Shown piece by piece: positions 25,841-35,168 of a stretch of DNA of 64,000 nucleotides. Where the stretch lies: contig JBGSJG010000004.1 in assembly GCA_041742135.1 (NCBI GenBank), positions 235,773 to 299,772 on the forward strand. Reading direction: 5' to 3'. Source of the stretch: Patescibacteria group bacterium. Lineage in GTDB: Bacteria > Patescibacteriota > Microgenomatia > UBA8517. A program made the position numbers and the translations under genes. Position 1 is the stretch's first letter, and every line of letters starts with the position of its first letter. The notes beneath the pieces were generated by a model. The model had not been told where the DNA came from and searched no databases. It saw nothing but the letters and a program-made list of their open reading frames with translations.

Positions 25841-26839
25841 ATGCGCGCCTTGATTACAGGAATAACTGGCCAGGATGGCTCGTACTTGGCAGAGCTTTTG
25901 CTCGAAAAGGGTTATGAGGTAAGCGGCATCGTTCGCAAAACCAGCCACTTCCAATACGCCAACATTGGCCATATTCAAGATGAGCTTCAGCTTGTGTATG
26001 CAGATTTACTCGATCCGGTTTCCATCACCTCGGCCGTAAAGCTTGTAAAACCTGATGAAGTTTACAATTTAGCCTCACAAAGTGCCCCCGGGGAAAGCTT
26101 TAAGCAGCCAATTCATACTGCAGAAATTACAGCTATTGGAGCTCATCGTGTGCTTGAGGCCGTTCGCGATGTGGTCCCTGAAGCAAAATTTTACCAGGCC
26201 AGCTCGAGCGAAATGTTTGGCTGGGTACGCGAAATTCCCCAAACAGAGGAAACGCCAATGAATCCGGCAAACCCATATGCGGCCGCCAAACTGTACGCTC
26301 ACAATATTTCAAGAATTTATCGCAAAAGCTACAACATGAAGATTTCTTGTGGAATTTTATTTAATCACGAATCGCCCCGCCGAGGCTTGGGGTTTGTGAC
26401 CCAAAAAGTTGCCTACGCTGCAGCTTGTGCCAAGCTTGGGATTAAAACCTCGGAGCACTTAAACGAAGAAGGCGAGCCAATTATCAAAAATGGCAAGGTG
26501 GCCATGGGGAATCTTGAAGCTAAGCGCGATTGGGGCTTTGCTGGGGATTATGTTGAGGCCATGTGGGCAATGCTGGCAAAGGATAAATTTGAAGATTTCA
26601 TTGTGGCGACTGGTGAGGTCCATAGCATCAAAGAGCTTTGCGATGCGGCTTTTGGCTACGTTGGCAAAAATTGGGAAGATCATGTTTTTGTCGACGAGCG
26701 CTTTGTACGCCCTACGGAAACAGGTCCTTTGGTGGGAGATGCCAGTAAAGCCAAAAAAGAACTTGGCTGGGAGCCTAAGACAAAGTTTCCTGAGCTCGTG
26801 AAGATGATTGTAGATGCAAATATTGCTCGCCTGAAATAA
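25841..26839 (+). CDS. gmd: GDP-mannose 4,6-dehydratase
   Basis: ALITGITGQDGSYLAE, YQASSSEMFG, PYAAAK, ILFNHESP.RG, RDWG. Confidence 0.95.
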   Translation: MRALITGITGQDGSYLAELLLEKGYEVSGIVRKTSHFQYANIGHIQDELQLVYADLLDPVSITSAVKLVKPDEVYNLASQSAPGESFKQPIHTAEITAIGAHRVLEAVRDVVPEAKFYQASSSEMFGWVREIPQTEETPMNPANPYAAAKLYAHNISRIYRKSYNMKISCGILFNHESPRRGLGFVTQKVAYAAACAKLGIKTSEHLNEEGEPIIKNGKVAMGNLEAKRDWGFAGDYVEAMWAMLAKDKFEDFIVATGEVHSIKELCDAAFGYVGKNWEDHVFVDERFVRPTETGPLVGDASKAKKELGWEPKTKFPELVKMIVDANIARLK

Positions 26840-27082
26840 CTACAGCACAAACGCAATTAGCGCTCCACCGGCAATTAGAATGCCAAAGATAATGTAGAAA
26901 AATCCCCATGCGATGAGCTCGTCAATTTTTCGCACGTTATGGTGAGAGAGGTTATATTCCCGAAGCTCTTTGAGGGTTACGTTTTTGACTCCAATTAAAA
27001 TGAGGATGACTCCAGTCATTACGAAGCCGCCGACCCAAAGCTCGTTTTGGTTTTCAAGTTTTGATAAGAGTTCCATCAGCAT
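26840..27082 (-). CDS. Small two-TM membrane protein
   Basis: Two hydrophobic segments; abuts gmd stop. Confidence 0.55.
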   Translation of the reverse strand: MLMELLSKLENQNELWVGGFVMTGVILILIGVKNVTLKELREYNLSHHNVRKIDELIAWGFFYIIFGILIAGGALIAFVL

Positions 27083-27146
27083 TCTTTGTACATATCAAGT
27101 ATATCGCGATTTTCTTACCTTTGTATAACAGTACTATCACACATGC

Positions 27147-27527
27147 ATGGGAAGCTGTTGTATGGAAATAGTTAAGCCTTTAGACAAAATCAGAACTGTC
27201 GTTAAAAATATAAGTTTATTGGGAGTGGTTTTGGTGTTTTTCTTTTTGGGCATGAGGTTTATTTTGCGCCTTGCAGGAGCAGAAGAAAGCAATATTTTTA
27301 CTGTTACAATTTACGCTGTTGCGGCCGCTCTAAAAGTGCCGTTTTTGGGAATATTTCCCAACCTTCGGCTTTACGAAGATGCATCCATAGATTTTGTCTC
27401 CCTGTTTTCAATTTTTGGTTACTGGGCAACTTTCGCGGTTATCTATGTGGCATTTGAAATTGTGACAAGAACTTTTATTCGGCTACGCAATATTGATAAC
27501 AATTACAGTCAGATGGAAAGGGGGTGA
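27147..27527 (+). CDS. YggT-like small membrane protein
   Basis: RFILRL.GA....F...IY.......PF.GIFP pattern; start may be ATG 27162. Confidence 0.65.
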   Translation: MGSCCMEIVKPLDKIRTVVKNISLLGVVLVFFFLGMRFILRLAGAEESNIFTVTIYAVAAALKVPFLGIFPNLRLYEDASIDFVSLFSIFGYWATFAVIYVAFEIVTRTFIRLRNIDNNYSQMERG

Positions 27528-27531
27528 TTAC

Positions 27532-27969
27532 ATGGCATTAACAAAATGGAATCCGTATCAGAGTTCGCCGTGGCCGCTTTGGCCCTTTTATCCTAAGGAT
27601 GATTGGGTAAGAGGTGACTCGGCGGATGGGCTTGACGTTTACGAAACAGATGGCGAGGTGGTAGTAGAAGCCGCAATTCCTGGGCTTCGCGACCGCGATG
27701 TTAACGTGAGCTTTGAGGACGGCATTTTGCGCGTCTGGGGAGAACGGGACATAAGTGATGGGGATCGTAAAAAGCGCAAGAACGTCTACCGTGAGTCCAC
27801 ATACACCAGCTTTGATTACATGACGACTCTTCCTAGAACAGTCGATCCAGACAAAATCTCAGCAGATGTTGAAGATGGCATTGTGTATGTGACGGCGCCC
27901 ATTGCGCGCGAAAGTAGGCCGAAACGTATTGAGGCAAAAAAACGGGCGGGTAAAAAGGATAATAAATAA
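27532..27969 (+). CDS. Small heat shock protein Hsp20/alpha-crystallin
   Basis: DVYET...V.VEA.IPG, LP..VD..I.A..EDGI..V..P; SD AAAGGGGGTGA. Confidence 0.9.
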   Translation: MALTKWNPYQSSPWPLWPFYPKDDWVRGDSADGLDVYETDGEVVVEAAIPGLRDRDVNVSFEDGILRVWGERDISDGDRKKRKNVYRESTYTSFDYMTTLPRTVDPDKISADVEDGIVYVTAPIARESRPKRIEAKKRAGKKDNK

Positions 27970-28135
27970 AGTTTCACCCCCTGATCATAACAACTTATGA
28001 AAGGGGGGTGTTACTATCTTGTGCCTTGGGGACAACTTCACACAAAGGATAATTATAGACCTCTTGGGAGAACAAGAAAATATTTAATAATTGGCCACAA
28101 AGAATATAATTTTGCTATAGGAGGTGATGTTTATT

Positions 28136-28393
28136 ATGGTAGAAAATCAATGTGCATTGTTGAATCGAGGGCGCGAATTAGCACAAAGGCAAGGTCTGGA
28201 TGCAAGCCGTGTGACTTGTTGGTTAACAGACCCAAGTACGTGCGATGGGAGAAGATGTCCATTTGTGGCACCGGTTCGGCCGTTTATTAACGATACAGAT
28301 GCCTTTATTCAAGCAGTCGAAGCAGTAAAGGCTCCTGAGCAGGCGAAGTTTCTTGATGTACTGGAAAGGCATGAGGAGATTGTTGCAAAGTGA
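28136..28393 (+). CDS. Small Cys-containing hypothetical protein
   Basis: Strong SD AGGAGGTGA before ATG 28136; four Cys. Confidence 0.55.
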   Translation: MVENQCALLNRGRELAQRQGLDASRVTCWLTDPSTCDGRRCPFVAPVRPFINDTDAFIQAVEAVKAPEQAKFLDVLERHEEIVAK

Positions 28394-28432
28394 TCTTAGA
28401 GGTACACTGGTGTTCATGCGATTTTTCATTTT

Positions 28433-28954
28433 ATGAGATACCTTCTAAACACAGAAATAGGGATGTTTGGTGTGTGGGACATGCATGCACTCGATTTTAT
28501 TGTCGACAAAGCAACATATAACGCAAATTTAGTTAATGACCGCGATATTGTCAGCCTAATCAACAATAAAGCAGTGGTGCTTTGGGGAACAGGTGGGGAT
28601 GGTCATAGACCTGTTGAAGTCAGAATTAACCCAGAAGCAGATCTGAGCGATGAGGAAAAGGAATACGAGGAGGTGGCGAGTGATGAGTATAAACTTGAGG
28701 TAAATTCTGGCAAGGTCATTATTGGTTCACCCGAGTGGGCAGGAAGTGTTCAGGAAGAGGGCTTAGCTGATGAATATACAGGAATAAAATCATTTGAATT
28801 GCCAAATGGGGTGTATTTGGTAAAAGTATATTTTTTAGCTTGGGATTTTGATAACCCGGATTTTGAGGATAAGCCTGAATATGTGATTGTTATTAATAAA
28901 GCTTCGGAGGGGCACGCCTTCAAAGAGCAAACTCAGTTTGCGGTACTGGGGTAA
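28433..28954 (+). CDS. Acidic hypothetical protein
   Basis: 173 aa ORF, globular composition, no motif recognised. Confidence 0.65.
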   Translation: MRYLLNTEIGMFGVWDMHALDFIVDKATYNANLVNDRDIVSLINNKAVVLWGTGGDGHRPVEVRINPEADLSDEEKEYEEVASDEYKLEVNSGKVIIGSPEWAGSVQEEGLADEYTGIKSFELPNGVYLVKVYFLAWDFDNPDFEDKPEYVIVINKASEGHAFKEQTQFAVLG

Positions 28955-28956
28955 TC

Positions 28957-30138
28957 TTACAAATCGGCTTTAGGAGCACTTGTGTGCACGATCTTTTTTG
29001 CAAAAATAAGCGAGCCTGTCATGATTGCGCCAGAAGCAAGAAAAGCAAAATTGGCAGATACACCCGCAGATATGCCTCCGATGATTGGCCCTCCGATTTG
29101 CCCGAGTGAAGTAATTGATTGGTTAACTCCCAGAATTCCTCCCTGATCCTCGGCCTTGGTACGCTCAGAAATTAGCGAGGATAAAATTGGACCAATTGGG
29201 GAGGACACAATTGCATAAAACAGCAAAATTACAAAAAATGGCACAAAGCTGTGTACGAAAAATAAAGGCAAAATAAATGCAACTGAAAGCACAAGAGAAA
29301 TTAAAAGAATTTTGGGCTTGTTATGAAAGCGCGCCAAAAGCAGCCTGATCCCAACAGCTTGCATAATCACGGAAATAAGCCCGAAGGAAGCATAAAGCAG
29401 GCCAATGTCGCGAGCTGAAAGTGTTAGAACATCGTTACTAAAAGCTTGAAAGCCGATTATCCAGCAGTTTAGAGCAGTGGTGAAAATAAATGTGGCAATA
29501 AAGATGTTGCTAGTGCTTGAGTGAGTAAGCGCATTTTTGATCTTGTTTATGTCAAAATATGGCTCTCGGCTTGGTTGGCGCGAGCTTTTTTTGAGAGTTT
29601 CTCTTAAGAAGAAAGTACCCGCTACTGTTCCCGCCAGAGCCAGAAATGATGAAAACCAAAACGGGGCAGATAGGGAAATGGTACTAAGAAGCCCTCCTAA
29701 TGCTGGGCCAAATAGGAATCCAAAGCCAAATGCTGCTCCAAGTAATCCGAATGCTGCTGCTCGCTCGTGTCCTTCGGTGCTGTCTGCAATTACGGCCTGA
29801 GCCACCGAGATATTTCCTCCTGTGATTCCGTCAAGAATGCGAGCGACAAAAAGCATTGCCAAGCTTTGGGCAGATGCAAATAATGCCAAAGAAAGGCTAG
29901 TGCCGCCAAGGCACAAAAGTAGCAGAGGCTTCCTGCCATATTTATCAGACAGTCTGCCGATAATCGGAGTTGCCACAAGCTGAGCCAGTGAAAAGCTGGC
30001 AAAAAGAAGGCTAAGCCCCAAAGGATTAATTCCAAATCTCGAAGCGTACGGATACAAGAGTGGAATAATTGTGCCATAGCTTAAGGCATTAATAAGCATA
30101 ATGGCCATGAGAACTAAAAGAGCAGGATTTTTGCGCAT
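28957..30138 (-). CDS. MFS transporter (DHA1/TetA-like)
   Basis: G.LSDKYGRKP motif A, ARILDGITGG, GF.FGP.LGG; about 12 TM. Confidence 0.93.
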   Translation of the reverse strand: MRKNPALLVLMAIMLINALSYGTIIPLLYPYASRFGINPLGLSLLFASFSLAQLVATPIIGRLSDKYGRKPLLLLCLGGTSLSLALFASAQSLAMLFVARILDGITGGNISVAQAVIADSTEGHERAAAFGLLGAAFGFGFLFGPALGGLLSTISLSAPFWFSSFLALAGTVAGTFFLRETLKKSSRQPSREPYFDINKIKNALTHSSTSNIFIATFIFTTALNCWIIGFQAFSNDVLTLSARDIGLLYASFGLISVIMQAVGIRLLLARFHNKPKILLISLVLSVAFILPLFFVHSFVPFFVILLFYAIVSSPIGPILSSLISERTKAEDQGGILGVNQSITSLGQIGGPIIGGISAGVSANFAFLASGAIMTGSLIFAKKIVHTSAPKADL

Positions 30139-30188
30139 ACGAAAGGAAATTATACCAGATTAGTTATATAATTCGCGCAGAGGCTACT

Positions 30189-30779
30189 ATGGATCTGGTT
30201 AGTTCCTTGGATCTTTTTGTAAACACTATATCGCTATTTGCGCTAGCTGTCTCCCTGTATGTTTTCTTCTCTGACACTATCCGCCGGTGGATATTTTTGG
30301 GCTTTAAACCAACGGCAATAATAATTATTTTTGATAGCAAAAGCGACCGAGTGCTTTTGGTTAATAAACCCTTAGTCCATAGTTCAAAAACAGATTACCC
30401 GTGGTTTTTCCCACAAGGAGGGATTTATTCTTCTGACTTAAATAATGTGGTAAATACTGTACTCGAGCGGGAATTTTCTCAAACGCCGAGCAGTTTTGAT
30501 TTTCATAGAGTAGTCACATTAGGGACAAAGATCACTCGACGCCGAGTTGAATCTAAACAATTTTACGGTTCGGTGAGTATATTTAGCAATCTTCGTGGAA
30601 AAGGGTATCTTGCATGCATAGTAGAGACAGATATCGATAAATTCGCAAAAAAGTCCAAGTTAGGTTTTGGTTTGAAACAGGTGAAAATTGCTAGTTTTGA
30701 TAAAGCTTTAACTATGATCGACCCCGTCAAGGCGAAGATGCTTAACGCGCACAAGGCACTGATAAGACATATAGATTAA
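30189..30779 (+). CDS. Membrane-anchored degenerate NUDIX-like protein
   Basis: N-terminal TM, RVLLV, WFFPQGGI...LERE. Confidence 0.55.
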   Translation: MDLVSSLDLFVNTISLFALAVSLYVFFSDTIRRWIFLGFKPTAIIIIFDSKSDRVLLVNKPLVHSSKTDYPWFFPQGGIYSSDLNNVVNTVLEREFSQTPSSFDFHRVVTLGTKITRRRVESKQFYGSVSIFSNLRGKGYLACIVETDIDKFAKKSKLGFGLKQVKIASFDKALTMIDPVKAKMLNAHKALIRHID

Positions 30780-31928
30780 TAGTGCCACCCCCAAGATAAA
30801 GGCAGTGTTTTTGGCAGATATTTGATCAGATATTGAGCCTATAAAATACGCAGCCAAAACGTATGGAACATTTTTTATCATATTAAAAGTCGAGATTGTT
30901 GTGGCCCTGTATTTGGACTCGGTATGTGCGTTTATGACGCTTGAGCTAAGATTGCCAAAAATTCCCTCAAATGAAGTTCTAACAATTAAAGAAAGGCCGC
31001 CAATAGCTAATCCCAAGAATGGAGAAACTAGAAGAGTTAAAGCAATAACAATCCCAACAAAGAGAATGGAAAAATTGTTTTTGAAGTACTTCGTTAATAT
31101 TGGAGTTGCCTGAGAAGACACGGCGGAAGTCAAATATATCACAGACCACAGTACTCCAAGTTCTGTTTCTTTAAAGCCAAATTCGACTCCTAGAAAACTG
31201 TTTAGCATCTCGCTTCCGATAACCACAACAAACCCAATAGACAGTAAAAGTATGGTTTTATTTTTCACTTCACCGATGCTAAATAATTGCTTGATACCTT
31301 GTTTTGTTTGATTAATAAAACTACTAATTGAAAACTTTATTGAATCGACACGCGGCTCAATCAGAAAAAACGCGGCAATGAGACCGACTGTGTAGCCAAC
31401 GCCGTTGGCGAAAAAGGGAAGCGTGGGATCAATTTTATACATAAAACCGCCGAGTACGCCACACATGGCTGGTGCAATCAAAGAAAGAGTATTGATGTTT
31501 GCGATTTTTTTGATGTAGCTATCTTCTTTGCCGTCTTGCTTTAAGCTATCAAACACTAAAGCATCAATAGTGCCCGAATACAGTGCGCCTCCGATGCACA
31601 TAACAAAAACAGAAGACAGTAATACTAAAAAACTGGGGGCGGTGGCCATCATGAATGCGCCGATTGCTTCAAACAGAAATGCTGCGATTAAAGTCTTCTT
31701 CTTGCCAAGTAAATCAGCAATTGCTCCAGTGGGGATTTCTGCGAGAGTTAGCGTGATGACAAGTGTCGTTTCAATAAGGCCAATGCCTGAATAATTTGTA
31801 AATCGAAGATAATAAAAAATCCAAATACCAAGCCAAAACCAAGTGTTTTTGGCAAAAGCCAAAACGTAGGCGATGCGAATGTTGTGATTAGCCACATCCA
31901 GATTATATTCTTTTTGGACTATTTTCAC
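30708..31928 (-). CDS. MFS transporter
   Basis: EIPTGAIADLLGKKK, SGT..ALVFDSLK, S..RAT..S. Confidence 0.9.
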   Translation of the reverse strand: MKIVQKEYNLDVANHNIRIAYVLAFAKNTWFWLGIWIFYYLRFTNYSGIGLIETTLVITLTLAEIPTGAIADLLGKKKTLIAAFLFEAIGAFMMATAPSFLVLLSSVFVMCIGGALYSGTIDALVFDSLKQDGKEDSYIKKIANINTLSLIAPAMCGVLGGFMYKIDPTLPFFANGVGYTVGLIAAFFLIEPRVDSIKFSISSFINQTKQGIKQLFSIGEVKNKTILLLSIGFVVVIGSEMLNSFLGVEFGFKETELGVLWSVIYLTSAVSSQATPILTKYFKNNFSILFVGIVIALTLLVSPFLGLAIGGLSLIVRTSFEGIFGNLSSSVINAHTESKYRATTISTFNMIKNVPYVLAAYFIGSISDQISAKNTAFILGVALLIYMSYQCLVRVKHLRLDGVDHS

Positions 31929-32605
31929 TTAATGAAGTCAAGATTAATTTCCCTTCGATAACTCGAGTGTTTTCGTAGCCACTTTTGAGTCTGAATCATA
32001 ACGCTTTCCCACTTATTGATATAACTTTGGTAAGTCATTGGCTCCTCGCTGAGCGATAGATAGAGATCTTTACGCGTCTTTGGAGGTTTGTAAACAACAA
32101 TCAATTTTAACGTGTTCTTTCTCTCAAGGATTTCTTTTGACACGGATCTGACATGTTGAATTTCTAGTTCCTTAAGTGTTCGAGCAATCGATTTAGGGAA
32201 GAAAGGGTTATTAATATAGCTAAGAACCGGGGCAAGCATTGTTAGGTATTCCTTCTGAAAGACTACTGTGTTGTCTTGGTCGAGACTCTTCTCTTTACGA
32301 TAGAAATCTTTTTGAGAAGGGGTAAACGGAATAAGCTGGTTATCTGAATCAAATAATAATCTTATATTGCTAACCTCTTTGAGAAATTCAGTTACGGTCT
32401 GTAAATTCTTGTTTAGTAATTTGTTTTCTATTCCAAACTTATTGTAAAGAAGTAATGCTAAAAATAGCGTTGTCAAAGCGGCTAGTGAAGAAATGATGTT
32501 TGCCAAACTGTCAATTTTTTGCAAAGCTTGGCCTTCAGAATAAAAAACGACACTAAAAGCCAGACTGGCTAGAATTATTGTAGAAATGAGTAGTAAACTC
32601 TTCAT
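31925..32605 (-). CDS. Hypothetical membrane-anchored protein downstream of tRNA-Trp
   Basis: Two N-terminal TMs; start moved to ATG 32605 to avoid the tRNA. Confidence 0.65.
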   Translation of the reverse strand: MKSLLLISTIILASLAFSVVFYSEGQALQKIDSLANIISSLAALTTLFLALLLYNKFGIENKLLNKNLQTVTEFLKEVSNIRLLFDSDNQLIPFTPSQKDFYRKEKSLDQDNTVVFQKEYLTMLAPVLSYINNPFFPKSIARTLKELEIQHVRSVSKEILERKNTLKLIVVYKPPKTRKDLYLSLSEEPMTYQSYINKWESVMIQTQKWLRKHSSYRREINLDFIK

Positions 32606-32620
32606 GTAGTATTTGTATTG

Positions 32621-32691
32621 CAGGCCCGGAGGGAATCGAACCCCCAACAAAGGTTTTGGAGACCTCCGTTATACCATTTAACTACGGGCCT
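32621..32691 (-). tRNA. tRNA-Trp (CCA)
   Basis: AGGCCCG/CGGGCCT acceptor stem, anticodon loop CTCCAAA, GTTCGATTC T-loop; no encoded CCA end. Confidence 0.95.
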
Positions 32692-32718
32692 AGGTAAAAC
32701 TAGTCTATTTTACCTTAT

Positions 32719-33114
32719 TTATTCTTCTGACGGAAATTGGTACACATAGTTCAGGGATTGAATTTGATTAGCAAATTTTTCTGCCTGCTTTTCTGAAATC
32801 AGGGCACTACTCACACCCATTTCCAAAAACCAAAGAAGTTTATTGGTTATGGCGCGCCGAACAACGGGATCTGTAATCATCGGGTCAGCTAGTACGGACA
32901 TTCCTTTACTGCAATGAAATTCTCTGCAAGTTTCGGGCTGATCAGAGGAGCCGTGTAAATCACAGCCCTCTGGTGTCATATGCTTACATTTTCCTATCTC
33001 AGGAGGCGGGGGTTCGAAACAGCACAAGTTGCACCTCTTGGCATCTTCTGTCAGACATCCAAGCCCACCAACAATATTGGGTACATTTGGGTGTTGAGAC
33101 TCAACCATCAGCAT
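32719..33114 (-). CDS. Cys-rich hypothetical protein (possible metal-binding)
   Basis: C..CC, C......C..H...P..C..F.C, resembling YkgJ-type cysteine-cluster proteins. Confidence 0.55.
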   Translation of the reverse strand: MLMVESQHPNVPNIVGGLGCLTEDAKRCNLCCFEPPPPEIGKCKHMTPEGCDLHGSSDQPETCREFHCSKGMSVLADPMITDPVVRRAITNKLLWFLEMGVSSALISEKQAEKFANQIQSLNYVYQFPSEE

Positions 33115-33134
33115 CTGTTATAATACTCTTCCTT

Positions 33135-33656
33135 ATGTCAGGAGAAAGAGGAATATTTTATGTGCCGCTATCAGCGGTTCCAAACACGGAGCGTCCTTCT
33201 AAAGATGAGTTTCGCCAAGTGCATTACCGAGGGGCAGGAGAAATACTTGCAATCAGACATCTGATTAATACTACGCGTAGCCCTCAGTACCCTATAGATT
33301 CTGAGCAGATTGAGCGAATCGTTGCCGCATCGACTAACCCTGATTGCGTGGTGGTAATGTCTGCTCAAAACAATGTAATGACTGGGCTTGGAGTAGGAGA
33401 AAAGCATGGAGACTCGGTCCTTTTGACTGACTTGGTTTTAAACCCTGGGCGACAAGGCTCTGGGGCAAGGGCGAAAGGGATAATTAACGAAATGGTGGCT
33501 GCAGCGGATGCGCAGGTGTCAGCAATTGTTTGTACAGATGCTTACATACAATTCTTTACCGAGCTTTATCCTGATAGTCAGCCCGTGACATTTGAAAGTG
33601 ATGAAGGGGATATGTTCATGATTTTTTGCAAAACTACCTCCAACCATGTCAGCTGA
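33135..33656 (+). CDS. Orphan with GNAT-like motif
   Basis: LTDLVLNPGRQGSG resembles GNAT motif A; ATG 33135 after TGTTATAAT. Confidence 0.45.
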   Translation: MSGERGIFYVPLSAVPNTERPSKDEFRQVHYRGAGEILAIRHLINTTRSPQYPIDSEQIERIVAASTNPDCVVVMSAQNNVMTGLGVGEKHGDSVLLTDLVLNPGRQGSGARAKGIINEMVAAADAQVSAIVCTDAYIQFFTELYPDSQPVTFESDEGDMFMIFCKTTSNHVS

Positions 33657-34269
33657 ACACGACAAACGTCCTCGGAGACATCAAACGCCAATATTAAGTA
33701 AAATTGCTGAATCATTTGGGCGTATTGATACTGTTGTGAGTGAATCCGGAGCGCCAGTGTATACGACACCTAAGGACGCAGAGTCTGTTGCTATTGCCCT
33801 TGAAAGTTCTTTGTTTCGGGATTGGTACAGAGCACCTTCAATGGATGGTGGAGCCATTCTTATAGCTGTAGAGAATCTATCAGAATACGAGCCTTTCGAT
33901 TCTTTACGTGCTTTGGGGGAGAGCTTTGTCGATGGAAATATTGCACCTGATTTATCAGGAAAATTTTTTGCCCATCGAGTAAACGATCTTTGTCGAGAGA
34001 TTTCTGTCGACTGGAAATACAACGGGGGGTTGCAGGCATTAAACATAATAGGTAACTTGCAAAAGCGTGCGGTGGAGGCGGTTGTACTTAACCCAATGGC
34101 CATGGAATGGTTGTTTACTGATCAGCCCAACCCAAGCAAGGAGGATATTGAGCCGTTAGTCGCTGAGGCTACGATTCTCTTTGCGGCCGCAGCGCTAACT
34201 GAAGCGATGATGAATAAAATGGGTAGACAAATGGATGAGGAAGATCATCCAGGGGCGGGTGAAAACTAG
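33646..34269 (+). CDS. Hypothetical protein (orphan)
   Basis: 207 aa ORF overlapping the previous stop. Confidence 0.6.
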   Translation: MSAEHDKRPRRHQTPILSKIAESFGRIDTVVSESGAPVYTTPKDAESVAIALESSLFRDWYRAPSMDGGAILIAVENLSEYEPFDSLRALGESFVDGNIAPDLSGKFFAHRVNDLCREISVDWKYNGGLQALNIIGNLQKRAVEAVVLNPMAMEWLFTDQPNPSKEDIEPLVAEATILFAAAALTEAMMNKMGRQMDEEDHPGAGEN

Positions 34270-34281
34270 GAGGGATTTGTG

Positions 34282-34863
34282 TTAATCGTCTTTTTCGTCA
34301 ATCTCCAAATCTGAAACAATTCCACAAACATCTGTGATTACCAATGTATTCCCGTCTTGCTTGAAAACTGGTTTTACGTTCCAATTAATAACCGATATAT
34401 TGTTAGCACCAGTTTCTTCTCTCCACCTGCGGCCCAAGTCAGTTAGCGGGTCAGGTTCAGATAAATCCCGAGGGTGCTCTTGGCGATATTCATATTCTGC
34501 TTTAAAGAGCGTGTCTCCTTCAACAAATTCAGACACGGTGCAAGGGCATGTTTCGCCTTTGGTCGACATAGGCATTGGCGAGATCCCCACTTTTTCGATT
34601 CTCACTATCTTGATTGCAAAATCAAATTCTTGGCCGTTTACGCTCATTCTGATCATGTCGCCATCATGCTTTTCAGCTAATGCATTCGTCAAATCGGCAT
34701 ATTGTCTTAATTTTTCCATAGGGACTTCTTTGTAAGCTTTTAACGCTACTCTTCTGCTTGTCTCGGGTTCAATTCCTAAATACAAGCGAGACTCCGAGGC
34801 TTCAAGGGGCGCATATCGAAAATCAGAAGAATATTGACTTGGATCTATGTCTGTTTCAGACAT
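34282..34863 (-). CDS. Orphan with minimal protein-kinase-like motifs
   Basis: VALK, SEFVEG.TL, NWNVK, LVITD in kinase order. Confidence 0.5.
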   Translation of the reverse strand: MSETDIDPSQYSSDFRYAPLEASESRLYLGIEPETSRRVALKAYKEVPMEKLRQYADLTNALAEKHDGDMIRMSVNGQEFDFAIKIVRIEKVGISPMPMSTKGETCPCTVSEFVEGDTLFKAEYEYRQEHPRDLSEPDPLTDLGRRWREETGANNISVINWNVKPVFKQDGNTLVITDVCGIVSDLEIDEKDD

Positions 34864-35033
34864 TACTTAAGCTTAACGCTCTCTTTGTGGTCAGTTTGTT
34901 TTTTGCAAACTTTGCACCATTTTTTGAGGACCAACTTTTCCTCCATATTAACCTTGTTGCGAGTTGTGACGTAGTTTTGGTTTTTGCACCCAGCGCAAAC
35001 CATTGCTACTATTTCTCGATTTCCTTTTGCCAT
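34863..35033 (-). CDS. rpmG: 50S ribosomal protein L33 (Zn-ribbon form)
   Basis: MAKGNRE...C..C...NY.T..N.....L.LKK.C..C...T.HKE. Confidence 0.95.
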   Translation of the reverse strand: MAKGNREIVAMVCAGCKNQNYVTTRNKVNMEEKLVLKKWCKVCKKQTDHKESVKLK

Positions 35034-35074
35034 AAGCGGTATTGTAGCAGAAAAGTCTGAAGCTAGCAAAAGTG

Positions 35075-35146
35075 AGCCTGGAAGTGGAATCGAACCACCG
35101 ACCCCTTTCTTACCAAGAAAGTGCTCTGCCCCTGAGCTATCCAGGC
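35075..35146 (-). tRNA. tRNA-Thr (GGT)
   Basis: GCCTGGA/TCCAGGC stem, CTTTC-TTGGTAA-GAAAG anticodon arm, GTTCGATTC. Confidence 0.95.
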
Positions 35147-35168
35147 TAGTAGCTGCTATTATAACATT

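Noticed and set aside
28899-28912. 14-bp match AAGCTTCGGAGGGG to the rpsU-leader palindrome
   Set aside because: Only half the palindrome is present, and a 14-bp match can occur by chance in 64 kb.
28957-30138. Tetracycline resistance gene tetA
   Set aside because: Only family-level MFS motifs; no tetR or mobile context.
32606-32650. N-terminal extension of ORF 31925-32650, and ORFs 34984-35172 and 38065-38259
   Set aside because: They overlap tRNA genes and are shadow translations.
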